A stretch of 64,000 nt of DNA from positions 16,001-80,000 of the forward strand of contig JACPTE010000024.1 of assembly GCA_016192945.1 (NCBI GenBank). Direction: 5' to 3'. This DNA is from Candidatus Woesearchaeota archaeon. Its GTDB lineage: Archaea; Nanobdellota; Nanobdellia; Woesearchaeales; UBA10216. Both the position numbers and the translations under genes were made by a program. Shown here piece by piece: positions 1 to 8,449 of the stretch. The notes under the pieces were generated by a model. That model searched no databases, was not told where the DNA came from, and worked only from the letters and a program-made list of their open reading frames with translations. Within the stretch, counting starts at the first letter, position 1. Every line of letters begins with the position of its first letter.

Positions 1-311
1 TTCAGGAAGCCTATTATAGTCCTTAAAAGTGTGCTTTTTCCATGCCCGCTCGGCCCAACTATTCCAAAAACCTCCCCCCTGAATATCTCAAGGTTGATGC
101 TGTTGAGGATTTTTTTCTGCCCTATGCTGACAGATACGTTGTTCAGCTTTATTATGGGCTCCAAAGTTTCACCTGTTATTTATTCTGTCCTGTGCAATAT
201 ATAAAACTTCGCAAGCGAAAAATTTAAATATAAGAGATACTACTTTAAAGTGTAAACATAGAAAAGCTATTTACGAGTGAAAAATAGCCATATTTATCAC
301 CTCTTTTCCCA

Positions 312-337
312 GGAAGGCTCCCGAAAGGGGGCCTTCC
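312..337. other. Stable 11-bp hairpin capped by a GAAA (GNRA) tetraloop in the intergenic region 3' of the Lon-like gene
   Basis: ggaaggctccc-gaaa-gggggccttcc read directly. Same structure on both strands. Weak T-tract only. Confidence 0.35.
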
Positions 338-393
338 CAGGGTTTAGTGTGCATAATAAGAAGGAAATGAAGAACAGATAGTTCTGCAGGATT

Positions 394-2262
394 TCAACGC
401 CTTCTGAGGGATGCTTTTTTGACTATCCGCCTTTTTCTGGCTTTGAGTATGGCAAGTGTTATAACAGCCCCTGAAATCAGTCCGATGGAAAAAATCGCAT
501 AGTTTTTTGCTTCAGTTGGCAGCTGCAATGGAAGTCTCTGCCAGAGCTCAATTATTGTCTGGTTGGTGCCTGTTGCAGGGTTGGATTTTGGCTCCTTGAA
601 GTATATGTCCATGTCGCTTAGTTCTAGCGCATATTCAGCATACAAAAGCGATGAGTAAGGGTCTGTCTGGTTCAGTGAAGTGGAGTATTCATAATAGCTG
701 TATCCTACTATTGGGAATATCCCCTTGTTCGTATTTCTTGATATTGTTCTTTTTGCTGCCTCCAGTTTCCTCGCAACCAGCTTGCTGATGTCGCCGTCAT
801 CAAGCCCTAGTGAGCTTAAAAGCACATCTGACTCTGCCTTGGCCTTTGAGGCTTTTGAAAGGCAAAGCCCGTAATCCTTGTTTTTGAGGTCATCATACGC
901 CCTGTCTATGTCTTTCCTTGATGGCAGTATGCTTTCCGGGATATAAATCTGCGAATACTCGTACCTCTCTTCAGCCTCCGATATCTTGCTCCTGCACGAG
1001 GCTTCCAGCACTTCCTTGTCAGCAGCCAGCTTTTGTGAGCCCTTTCCGAGGAACTGCGCCCACGCCCTGGCGCTCATCACTCTTTCCTGGGCGTATGCAA
1101 GGTAGAACAGTGCATCATGAATCCTGTTCTGGTCATTATAGCTGGCTGAGGTGTTCAGGTTGTAGTATGCCTCAATCAGCCGCTCTTTTACTGCCGCATA
1201 TGCCTGAAAATCTGTTATTGTGGCTGATTCTGGAATGCCCTTTTCCATGGTTTCTGCGTCTGTTTTTGTCTGCTGAATCTGGCTGGGCAATTCGCTTTTT
1301 GTGTAGTTCTGGGCTTCAAGGAGTAAATACCTGTTTCGCACGTTTGCCCCGAAGCAATAGCTCGCTGCCGAGTAGTAATGCCCTGATTTAAGTTCATCCT
1401 GCCCCCTTTTGCTCAGGTTTCTGGCAATGCTGTATGAGTCAGCATAATTTGACTGCGCTTTTGATGGTTGCGCACTTGATGCCTGGGCTGTCAGGAGTGT
1501 ATTGTTCTCAATCAGCAGTTCTGAAGAGATGCTTTCATTGCATATTGTAAATGCGAGGTTTTTCATTGTCTCTATGTAAGACTGCTCAATCCCGAAGTCA
1601 GGGTTGGATTCGGCTGTTTTTTTCCCTGTAAACTGGTATAATGCCTCCTTTATGTCGCTCACTTCTATTACTTCAATGCCCAAGTTCTTCCCATAATCAG
1701 ACAGGTCTGTGCTCTGGTTGGTTGAGTTGCCTGATTTGTAATACCTCTCCCCTTCTGGTATGAGGACTTTTTTCAGGCCAGCCTCTTTTGCAGCAGTTAT
1801 CTTCTCCTTGAGCCCTCCGACAGGGCCTATAAGGCCGCCTGAGTTTATTGTTCCTGTCATAACAACATCATCCCTTGTAGGAATGCCCTCAATTACTGAC
1901 ACTGTAAGGACTGATGCCGCTGCACCAGCGCTTGGCCCTCCTACAAGAGCAGTGTCTGCCTTGATTGTGTAAAAGAAGTTATACTTGTCGCAGTCAAACT
2001 GGAATTCAGTGCATGCTATCTCTTTGGCAAACCGGGTGGATATCTGGGTGTCCATCTTGGTGAGCGGGAATGACTCTATGAATACCTTTCCCTCTCCAGG
2101 CTGGATTTCAAGGTATAAGTCTGCTGAAAGCCCTGAGTAGCCATCCTGCTGTTCAGAGACTGCCAGGAGCTTCATATGGCCTTTCCTGTAAGCCTCTGCA
2201 CCAGCGCTTGAGCTTATTATTATGGCAAATGCAAGGAATATTGGCAGTATTTTTGTTTTCAT
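394..2262 (-). CDS. Secreted, membrane-anchored Lon-like serine protease (S16 proteolytic domain) with a ~400 aa Ser/Asn/Tyr-rich extension and C-terminal TM anchor
   Basis: N-terminal signal peptide MKTKILPIFLAFAIIISSSAGAEA. S16 catalytic motifs VGGPSAGAAAS...GGLKEK (Ser-Lys dyad spacing like Lon). C-terminal hydrophobic helix plus KARKRRIVKK. TATA aaaattataaaca about 25 nt upstream. Confidence 0.8.
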   Translation of the reverse strand: MKTKILPIFLAFAIIISSSAGAEAYRKGHMKLLAVSEQQDGYSGLSADLYLEIQPGEGKVFIESFPLTKMDTQISTRFAKEIACTEFQFDCDKYNFFYTIKADTALVGGPSAGAAASVLTVSVIEGIPTRDDVVMTGTINSGGLIGPVGGLKEKITAAKEAGLKKVLIPEGERYYKSGNSTNQSTDLSDYGKNLGIEVIEVSDIKEALYQFTGKKTAESNPDFGIEQSYIETMKNLAFTICNESISSELLIENNTLLTAQASSAQPSKAQSNYADSYSIARNLSKRGQDELKSGHYYSAASYCFGANVRNRYLLLEAQNYTKSELPSQIQQTKTDAETMEKGIPESATITDFQAYAAVKERLIEAYYNLNTSASYNDQNRIHDALFYLAYAQERVMSARAWAQFLGKGSQKLAADKEVLEASCRSKISEAEERYEYSQIYIPESILPSRKDIDRAYDDLKNKDYGLCLSKASKAKAESDVLLSSLGLDDGDISKLVARKLEAAKRTISRNTNKGIFPIVGYSYYEYSTSLNQTDPYSSLLYAEYALELSDMDIYFKEPKSNPATGTNQTIIELWQRLPLQLPTEAKNYAIFSIGLISGAVITLAILKARKRRIVKKASLRRR

Positions 2263-2370
2263 TGGATTAAAGAACAGCTATTTGTTTATAATTTTTAGTA
2301 TTGAGAACTTTGAAAAACTCCCTTTGGTCGTTTTTCAACTGCGGTTTCTCCCAAGGGCATCCGCAGCTTT

Positions 2371-2739
2371 TTAGCGCTTCCTTCTTCTGGCAGCTGGTTT
2401 AGTGGCCTTTTTCCTGCTGGATGGCTTTGCTGCTCTTTTCGCTGGCTTTTTTGATGGCTTTTTCCCTGATGGCACCTTCCTGGATATCAGCCCCATAACA
2501 GAAGTGGACTGTGCCGGAGCCCCTGAAAGTGCAGCCCTTGATAGGATAGGCCTTTCTGGCTTTTCAACAGAAGGAGGGGTTATTGATATCATGGATGCTA
2601 TGAACATCAGTGCAAATGCGAAGTCAAATGCAAAGCCCCATTTAAGGTCTATTTTGCCGGATGCAGTGTAAACAGTGACAACAAGGAATCCTATCATGCT
2701 TGTGAGCATGAACATTCTTGGCAGCGGCACTCTTTCCAT
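2371..2739 (-). CDS. Small membrane protein with Lys/Arg/Pro-rich (histone-H1-like) C-terminal tail
   Basis: 122 aa ORF, two predicted TM helices, tail KKPSKKPAKRAAKPSSRKKATKPAARRRKR. No recognisable family. Confidence 0.5.
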   Translation of the reverse strand: MERVPLPRMFMLTSMIGFLVVTVYTASGKIDLKWGFAFDFAFALMFIASMISITPPSVEKPERPILSRAALSGAPAQSTSVMGLISRKVPSGKKPSKKPAKRAAKPSSRKKATKPAARRRKR

Positions 2740-2749
2740 TTGTGTGTCC

Positions 2750-3145
2750 TTATGCTATTGATTTGAGCTTCTGCTCTATATCATTCAATTCTGCTTCCAG
2801 CCTGTCAACGCTGGGCATTCTTTTTTTGGGAATCTTTTTTTCCTCAGAGCCGGGCTCAGCGATTTCATGCTCTTCTGCAGGCAGTTCCTCTTTCATTCGC
2901 ACATCCCATTTTGGGAGCGTCTTGACATCTATTTTAGGGAGCTCTGATTTTATCTCTGGGATCATGCTTAAGATGTCATCGTATATTATCCTGAGTTTCG
3001 CTATCTGGGCTTGCTTTTCTGCCCTTATCGCCTTTAGCTTCTCGTATTTCTGCAGGAACTGGATGAGGTCTTTTGATGACTCCAGCACCCCTTTTCTTAT
3101 TACATTGGGGTTTTCTATTCCCATATAAAGGATGTCGCTTGGCAT
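2750..3145 (-). CDS. Hypothetical coiled-coil protein
   Basis: 131 aa, charged heptad-like sequence (EKLKAIRAEKQAQIAKL; LEAELNDIEQKLKSIA). Tightly spaced with neighbours on the same strand. Confidence 0.5.
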   Translation of the reverse strand: MPSDILYMGIENPNVIRKGVLESSKDLIQFLQKYEKLKAIRAEKQAQIAKLRIIYDDILSMIPEIKSELPKIDVKTLPKWDVRMKEELPAEEHEIAEPGSEEKKIPKKRMPSVDRLEAELNDIEQKLKSIA

Positions 3146-3153
3146 TGGTTCTC

Positions 3154-3372
3154 CTATCTGGGCTTTGAGAGGGCTGACTGGATGTTGGAAATCTTGTTTT
3201 CAATCCTGGCCAGCTCAGATTGCCAAGCGCCCAGCTCATGCTCCTCCTCAGTTTTAAGCTCGTTGATTCGCTTGAAGACTATCTTGGCATCTTCAAGCCG
3301 TTTCTTGACTCGGTCTATTGCTGTTTGGACCTTCTTGTATCTTTCAACCTTGACAAACACTGGTGTGCTCAT
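3154..3372 (-). CDS. Hypothetical small coiled-coil protein
   Basis: 72 aa ORF in a tandem array with 2750-3145 and 3375-4040. Lys/Glu-rich helical sequence. Confidence 0.5.
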   Translation of the reverse strand: MSTPVFVKVERYKKVQTAIDRVKKRLEDAKIVFKRINELKTEEEHELGAWQSELARIENKISNIQSALSKPR

Positions 3373-3374
3373 TT

Positions 3375-4040
3375 TTAAACCTCAAACAAAGTTTTATCCA
3401 TGAACATCATGCCTCGCTGCATATCCTCAAGGCATATGCTCAACTTTTCGTATTCACTCTCGCTTGAATTTCTGATTCTCTCAAAATCAGGGCCAGCCTG
3501 ATTATAGCCTGCTATCTCATCCAGGTCTTCCACAATCTGCCTGAACTTGTAGTCTTTTATGAATATGTGTGGCTCCTCATACTTTTTTTCCTCTGCATGC
3601 GCCGCAGGCTCTTTGGATTCTTCAGCCAATTTGGGAGTGAACTCTGTGATTCGGGTCATTTCCTTCATGTCTGTTTCTTTAATCGGGGTTATAGGAGCCG
3701 CTGCCCATTGTGGAACAGGTGCGGTTTTTGGAATGTCGGGCTGGAATGGCTGCTGCTGCAAAGGAGCAGGTATTGCTTGTTGTTCGTATGAATTGTAGTT
3801 GAATGGCTTGATTTCAGGCAGGCTGTCCAGTTCAGGGAATGGCGCTGGTTTTGGCATGTTAGCAGAAGTTGAGCTGTCTAATGGCGCTAATGGCTGGAGC
3901 GTGGTTGGAGATGTGCTGGCTCCGGAGAATACTGGCAGGTCTGAGGAGAATGATTCTATTTTAGGGGGAGGGGGAAGTTCAAACTCCTGCATTTGGGGCA
4001 TTAGCTCCTTTTGGCCCTTGTTTTCCCCGCCTTTTTTCAT
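3375..4040 (-). CDS. Hypothetical protein with Pro/Gln-rich low-complexity N-terminal half and structured acidic C-terminal domain
   Basis: ORF 3375-4058. TATA tgttatatagagg lies inside the first codons of the long ORF, so the start is probably the internal ATG at 4040 (MKKGGENKG). Confidence 0.5.
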   Translation of the reverse strand: MKKGGENKGQKELMPQMQEFELPPPPKIESFSSDLPVFSGASTSPTTLQPLAPLDSSTSANMPKPAPFPELDSLPEIKPFNYNSYEQQAIPAPLQQQPFQPDIPKTAPVPQWAAAPITPIKETDMKEMTRITEFTPKLAEESKEPAAHAEEKKYEEPHIFIKDYKFRQIVEDLDEIAGYNQAGPDFERIRNSSESEYEKLSICLEDMQRGMMFMDKTLFEV

Positions 4041-4183
4041 AAACCCGAATAAGCCCACTTGCCCACCTCTATATAACAGATTAACCCTTGTTGAAGACCA
4101 GTATCTTTGCTGAATACTGCATAAGGGGATTATAAATCTTTCGTATTACTGGCTGGGGGTATTATAAACTTTTCCATTCAAAA

Positions 4184-5713
4184 TCACTCATATTCTATGG
4201 TGGCTGGGGGCTTCTGTGTTATGTCATATAATACCCTGTTGACTCCCTTGACGTTCTTTACTATGTCTGATGATGCCCTTTCCAGTAGCGTGTATGGCAG
4301 TTTTGCCCAGTCCGCTGTCATTGCATCGCTGCTTGTGACTGCCCTTAGGGCTATTATGTAGCTGTATGTCCTCTCATCTCCCATGACTCCCACTGCCTTT
4401 ACAGGAAGTAGTGCTGCAAGTGCCTGCCATGTTTTTTTGTAGAATCCGTGCTTCTTTAGCTGCTCTATGAATATGAAGTCAGCCTCTCTCAGGATTTTGA
4501 GCTTTTCATTTGTGACCTCTCCTATCACCCTTATTGCAAGACCTGGCCCTGGGAATGGGTGGCGCTCAAGCAGCTCTTCACTTATGCCCATAGACCTCCC
4601 TAAAGCCCTGACTTCGTCCTTGTAGAGGTCTCGTAGCGGCTCTACTGTTTTGAGCTTCATTTTTTCAGGCAGCCCGCCTACATTGTGGTGGGTCTTTATC
4701 AACGATGCTGTTTTTGATGGCTGTGCGCTTTCTATCCTGTCTGGATAGATTGTCCCCTGTCCCAGGAATTCTATGTCTCCGTGCCTCTTCTTGAGTTCGG
4801 CAGCCTTCCTTTCAAACACGTCTATGAATGTGTGCCCTATTACTTTCCTTTTCTGCTCTGGCTCTACAACTCCCTTCAGCCTTTTGAGGAACAATTCTGA
4901 GGCATCTATGAAATGGAAGTTCTCAAATTCCAGCTCATGGAATGTCTTCCTGACCTGCTCTGCCTCATTTTTCCTGAGCAGCCCGTTGTCAACAAACACG
5001 AGATGTATATTCCTGGTTGCCTTTCTTATGATGGTTGCTGCGACAAGGCTGTCAACTCCCCCGCTTACTGCCATTATTACGCCCATGCTGCCAATCCTGC
5101 TTTTTGCCTCTTCAGCCAGCCTGGTGCCAATGCCCTTTGCAGAATAGTTCCTTTTTGCCTTGCATATCCTGAGGAAATTGTCAAGAATCCTGATTCCATT
5201 CAGTGTATGCTGGACTTCTGGATGGAACTGGACCCCGAATATCTTTGCCGGTTCATTTGCATAAGCTGCTACTTTGCAGTCTGGCGTTGATGCCAGCAGC
5301 TCAAATCCTGGCTTCAGCTCAGTGACAGAATCCCCGTGGCTCATCCATACCTGCTCTTTCCTCTTCATGCCTTTCAGCAGTTGGGATGGCTTTTTTATGC
5401 TCATCATCTCCCTGCCGTATTCCTTGCTGCTTGAAACAACCCTGCTTCCAGTAAGGTGGGCAACCAGCTGGTGGCCGTAGCAAATCCCAAGAACAGGTAT
5501 TCCGAGCTTCAGTACACCTGGGCTTATTGTGGGAGCGTCCTTCTCATAAACGCTTCTTGGCCCGCCTGACAGGATAATGCCTTCAGGCATCATTGACTTT
5601 ATGCTTTCAACAGGCTCTGTCCAGTGGACAAGCTCTGAGTAAACGCCAAGCTGCCTTATCCTCCGGGCTATCAGATGCGATACCTGGGATCCAAAGTCAA
5701 TGATGAGAATCAT
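4184..5713 (-). CDS. guaA: GMP synthase (glutamine-hydrolysing), GATase + ATP-PPase domains
   Basis: MILIIDFGSQ...GICYGHQ (class I GATase) and SGGVDSLVAATI PP-loop. Probable start at internal Met. Overlaps the upstream HEPN gene by 4 nt. Confidence 0.93.
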   Translation of the reverse strand: MILIIDFGSQVSHLIARRIRQLGVYSELVHWTEPVESIKSMMPEGIILSGGPRSVYEKDAPTISPGVLKLGIPVLGICYGHQLVAHLTGSRVVSSSKEYGREMMSIKKPSQLLKGMKRKEQVWMSHGDSVTELKPGFELLASTPDCKVAAYANEPAKIFGVQFHPEVQHTLNGIRILDNFLRICKAKRNYSAKGIGTRLAEEAKSRIGSMGVIMAVSGGVDSLVAATIIRKATRNIHLVFVDNGLLRKNEAEQVRKTFHELEFENFHFIDASELFLKRLKGVVEPEQKRKVIGHTFIDVFERKAAELKKRHGDIEFLGQGTIYPDRIESAQPSKTASLIKTHHNVGGLPEKMKLKTVEPLRDLYKDEVRALGRSMGISEELLERHPFPGPGLAIRVIGEVTNEKLKILREADFIFIEQLKKHGFYKKTWQALAALLPVKAVGVMGDERTYSYIIALRAVTSSDAMTADWAKLPYTLLERASSDIVKNVKGVNRVLYDITQKPPATIEYE

Positions 5714-6108
5714 TCTTGAAGCACGCTTTTCATCCATTTATAAAATCTTTCTGCATTTAATATGGCTTCATCAGCTTCCGATTTGCTGATAAGAATTGGC
5801 TCATATTCAGCCCTGCTCTTCAGGCTTAAAAGGTTCAAAAGCTGCCTGTTCTTCTTGCTCACATCGTCTAGTTTTATCTCATTCAGGAGCCTTGCAACAT
5901 CATCATGCCTGATTCCTCTATGTCTTATACCCTTGAATTTTACGGTAAGAGCATCAGCAGAATTAATACCGCAATGCACAGCAGCTATTACGCAGACATT
6001 CCAATGGCTTTTCTGATATGCGTCGTTCATGGATTCAAAGCATTCATCTGCCTTCTTGATGTAATTCTTGTAAAGGCTGCTAGCAACATTTACCGTGTCA
6101 GTTCCCAT
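5710..6108 (-). CDS. HEPN-domain protein (toxin-like partner of the adjacent nucleotidyltransferase)
   Basis: 132 aa all-helical. RHRGIRH (R-x4-6-H-like) motif and C-terminal SRAEYE segment typical of MNT-associated HEPN. 19 nt overlap with the MNT gene. Confidence 0.7.
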   Translation of the reverse strand: MGTDTVNVASSLYKNYIKKADECFESMNDAYQKSHWNVCVIAAVHCGINSADALTVKFKGIRHRGIRHDDVARLLNEIKLDDVSKKNRQLLNLLSLKSRAEYEPILISKSEADEAILNAERFYKWMKSVLQE

Positions 6109-6692
6109 ATATCCTCGCCCATTACCATTATATATTTTTCCAGCACTTCATTAACAAGAGTGCTTTTCCTCCTGTCCTGAAATTCCTTCCTGCTCAACAC
6201 AATGGGAATAATCACATTCCCGTATTTTTGCATTACTTCAGATGCCTTGGCTTCAATAAATCTCATCGCCTCTTCCTTATCAGATGAAATAACCACTAAA
6301 TCTATATCGCTTTCAGGAACCTCGCTTCTCTTTGCAATGCTGCCAAAAATAGCCATTGAAGTTATTTTACCCGTTGCGCTGGCAGCAAGAAATTGCCTGA
6401 ACTTTTCAAATGCCTGCAATTCCTCCTCAAATATTGTTTTGAATTCATCATAAATCGCGCTTTTCCTGTTCAGCACAATATTATTTGACTGTCCGTGATG
6501 TTCCATTAATATGGCATTTGATTTTCTCAATTCTATAACCGCTTTTCTTACGCCTGCATGCGTTACGTCCTTTATAGAGCTTGCAAGTTCCCTAATAGTA
6601 TAAACTTTTGTAGGGTACTTGTGCAGTTCCCTGAGTACCTTAATCCTAACCTTGGTTCCAAGCATATCCTCCAGATAGTTCCTAAATCTCAT
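6090..6692 (-). CDS. Minimal nucleotidyltransferase (MNT, Pol-beta superfamily) with N-terminal winged-HTH
   Basis: FGSIAKRSEVPESDIDLVV (G-S-x9-13-D-x-D) motif. N-terminal RELASSI...THAGVRKAVIELRK resembles a wHTH. Paired with downstream HEPN. Confidence 0.75.
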   Translation of the reverse strand: MRFRNYLEDMLGTKVRIKVLRELHKYPTKVYTIRELASSIKDVTHAGVRKAVIELRKSNAILMEHHGQSNNIVLNRKSAIYDEFKTIFEEELQAFEKFRQFLAASATGKITSMAIFGSIAKRSEVPESDIDLVVISSDKEEAMRFIEAKASEVMQKYGNVIIPIVLSRKEFQDRRKSTLVNEVLEKYIMVMGEDIWELTR

Positions 6693-6693
6693 T

Positions 6694-6709
6694 GTAAACT
6701 TTTGTTTAC
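6694..6709. promoter_or_regulatory. Perfect palindrome GTAAAC-TTTT-GTTTAC abutting the MNT start codon; candidate autoregulatory operator
   Basis: Read directly. Lies 2 nt upstream of the MNT ATG, between it and a TATA-like gcttatatac (about 6726-6735). Confidence 0.4.
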
Positions 6710-6845
6710 AAATGGAAACTAAAGTTGTATATAAGCTTTTCTATCAAATCCCCTGCGAACCCATTTCAAATATTGCTTGAGAAATGAATATAATGGCTTC
6801 TTCCTATATAAAACGCATTCAACAAATTTGCCTTTGCTTTCCGAA

Positions 6846-7973
6846 TCATGTCAAAACCTCCATCAGCTTTTTGTTTTCAATAGCAGCCTTTATCTCCATT
6901 GCAATCCTTTTCCCTACGCTTATGTCCTCGCCGTAGAGGTAGTGGCCGTAGGGCGTGTATCTTGTTCCAGGGCTTCCTGGTATGCGGAGGCTGCAGTCAA
7001 AGATTATGAATTCCTCTTTTGGGGGGCCTGGGGTTATTGCGCCCTGCAGTGCGAAGGGCCCTATTATGCCTGGCTTGTAATATTGCTGTGTTGCCTTTAC
7101 AAATCCCTCGCCAAGCTCATATGCCTTTTCAAGCAGCGATTCCTTTAATGTTACTGCCATATGCCCGTTTTCTATGTATTTTGGCCTTGCATCATCCCCT
7201 AAATCAAGCTGCTGCCTTGCAGTCAGCCTTAGGAAGCCATCAATGTTTGTCTGCCTCCTTGTGTCTGTCCCGAGAAGCTCAAGCTCTTTTGTCAGGGGGG
7301 AATGGAAAAAGTTCAGGTTTACCTGGGGCCCCAGCACGAATTCCTCAATAACCGCCTTTTTCAGGGATTCCGGGGTTATCCTTCCAGCCTTTACAAGCTC
7401 TCTTGACTTTTTAAGGTAATCTTCATGGCTTTTTACAAAGAAGAACTCCCTCTCGTAAGGCCGTTCTGCCTCTGATGCCTTCACTATTGAAAGCCTGTCT
7501 ATTTCCTCTGGCTTGCTGAACCGCCTGGGTGTTTTTATTCCTGCCTTCTCAAGAAGGAAGTACTGGTTGTTGGGCTGGTCTCTTTCCTCTGCCCTTATCA
7601 GCGACCTTGTTCCGAATATGGGAACCATGAACTTGTTTTCTATGTCAGGATAGTTGCAGTAAACCCAGAAGTATCTGCTGTGGATGAATATTGTGTTCAG
7701 CTTCCTTAGCTTTTCCTGGACTTCCTCCCTTGCGATGTCAGCAAAGCTGTCAACCAGTATAACCTCATCAACAATTCCCCTGCCGCCCCTTGACTTGTAA
7801 TGGCTGGAATAGGTTTTTTCCCTTCCTTTCTGGCATACGACAACTGTCCTTAATCCGAGGTCTTTTGCCCCCCTGCATACATCAAGCGCTGAATGGCCCC
7901 CTAGTGTCCCTATTGTGACTTTATCAAGGTCGTATTTTTCAACAATCCGCTTTATTTCTGCCTGGGCTATCAT
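6846..7973 (-). CDS. purP: 5-formaminoimidazole-4-carboxamide ribonucleotide (FAICAR) synthetase, formate/ATP-dependent (ATP-grasp)
   Basis: IGTLGGHSALDVCRGAKDLG N-terminus and overall length match archaeal PurP. Paralog of 8450-9451. Confidence 0.85.
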   Translation of the reverse strand: MIAQAEIKRIVEKYDLDKVTIGTLGGHSALDVCRGAKDLGLRTVVVCQKGREKTYSSHYKSRGGRGIVDEVILVDSFADIAREEVQEKLRKLNTIFIHSRYFWVYCNYPDIENKFMVPIFGTRSLIRAEERDQPNNQYFLLEKAGIKTPRRFSKPEEIDRLSIVKASEAERPYEREFFFVKSHEDYLKKSRELVKAGRITPESLKKAVIEEFVLGPQVNLNFFHSPLTKELELLGTDTRRQTNIDGFLRLTARQQLDLGDDARPKYIENGHMAVTLKESLLEKAYELGEGFVKATQQYYKPGIIGPFALQGAITPGPPKEEFIIFDCSLRIPGSPGTRYTPYGHYLYGEDISVGKRIAMEIKAAIENKKLMEVLT

Positions 7974-8428
7974 TTCAGGCTCACTATTAATATGCCTACT
8001 ATCATTACAGCCGCTCCCAGCAGTGTTCTTATGAGTTCCCTTGTTGACTGAAGCTCTTTCAGCACGAGTATCCCAAGCAGCACTGCGATTATGAAGTTGA
8101 GGTTGTAGATTAGTGACATCTTGGAAATTTCAAAGTTCCTTGCAACCCCCAGTGTAATCATCAGGTACCCCGCTGCCCAGATTATCCCTGCAATTACAAG
8201 CAGCAGCCCGCTGCCGAATGGAACGCTGAAGTCTGGCTTGTTCATGAGCCATGCTATGAGGAATACGGCGATTATTCCAGCCCCGAAGAGGAGCTCTGCA
8301 AGGAATGGGCTGGGATTTCCCCTGAAGCCCAGCTTGTACACTATCACGCTGGCTCCGAATGCAACAGCCGCTATGAGGCTGTAAATTATCCACAATTCCA
8401 TTTTAAACACCCTGTTTTTTTTATTCAT
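7970..8428 (-). CDS. Small 4-TM membrane protein, EamA/DMT-like transporter half
   Basis: 152 aa, four hydrophobic helices, sits between the two purP paralogs with 4 nt overlap. Confidence 0.6.
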   Translation of the reverse strand: MNKKNRVFKMELWIIYSLIAAVAFGASVIVYKLGFRGNPSPFLAELLFGAGIIAVFLIAWLMNKPDFSVPFGSGLLLVIAGIIWAAGYLMITLGVARNFEISKMSLIYNLNFIIAVLLGILVLKELQSTRELIRTLLGAAVMIVGILIVSLK

Positions 8429-8449
8429 TTTTTGATATAACAGCCCTTA

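Noticed and set aside
42-227. 61-aa plus-strand ORF at window start
   Set aside because: No homology, Tyr/Leu-rich low-complexity translation, no promoter or RBS. It lies in an AT-rich intergenic stretch.
918-1391. Numerous 60-250 aa ORFs antisense to or out of frame with the annotated genes (for example 918-1391, 3559-3798, 14509-15075, 35494-36000, 63449-63874)
   Set aside because: They are embedded in genes with strong homology-level support on the other strand or frame, and have low-complexity Ser/Leu/Pro-rich translations typical of antisense noise.
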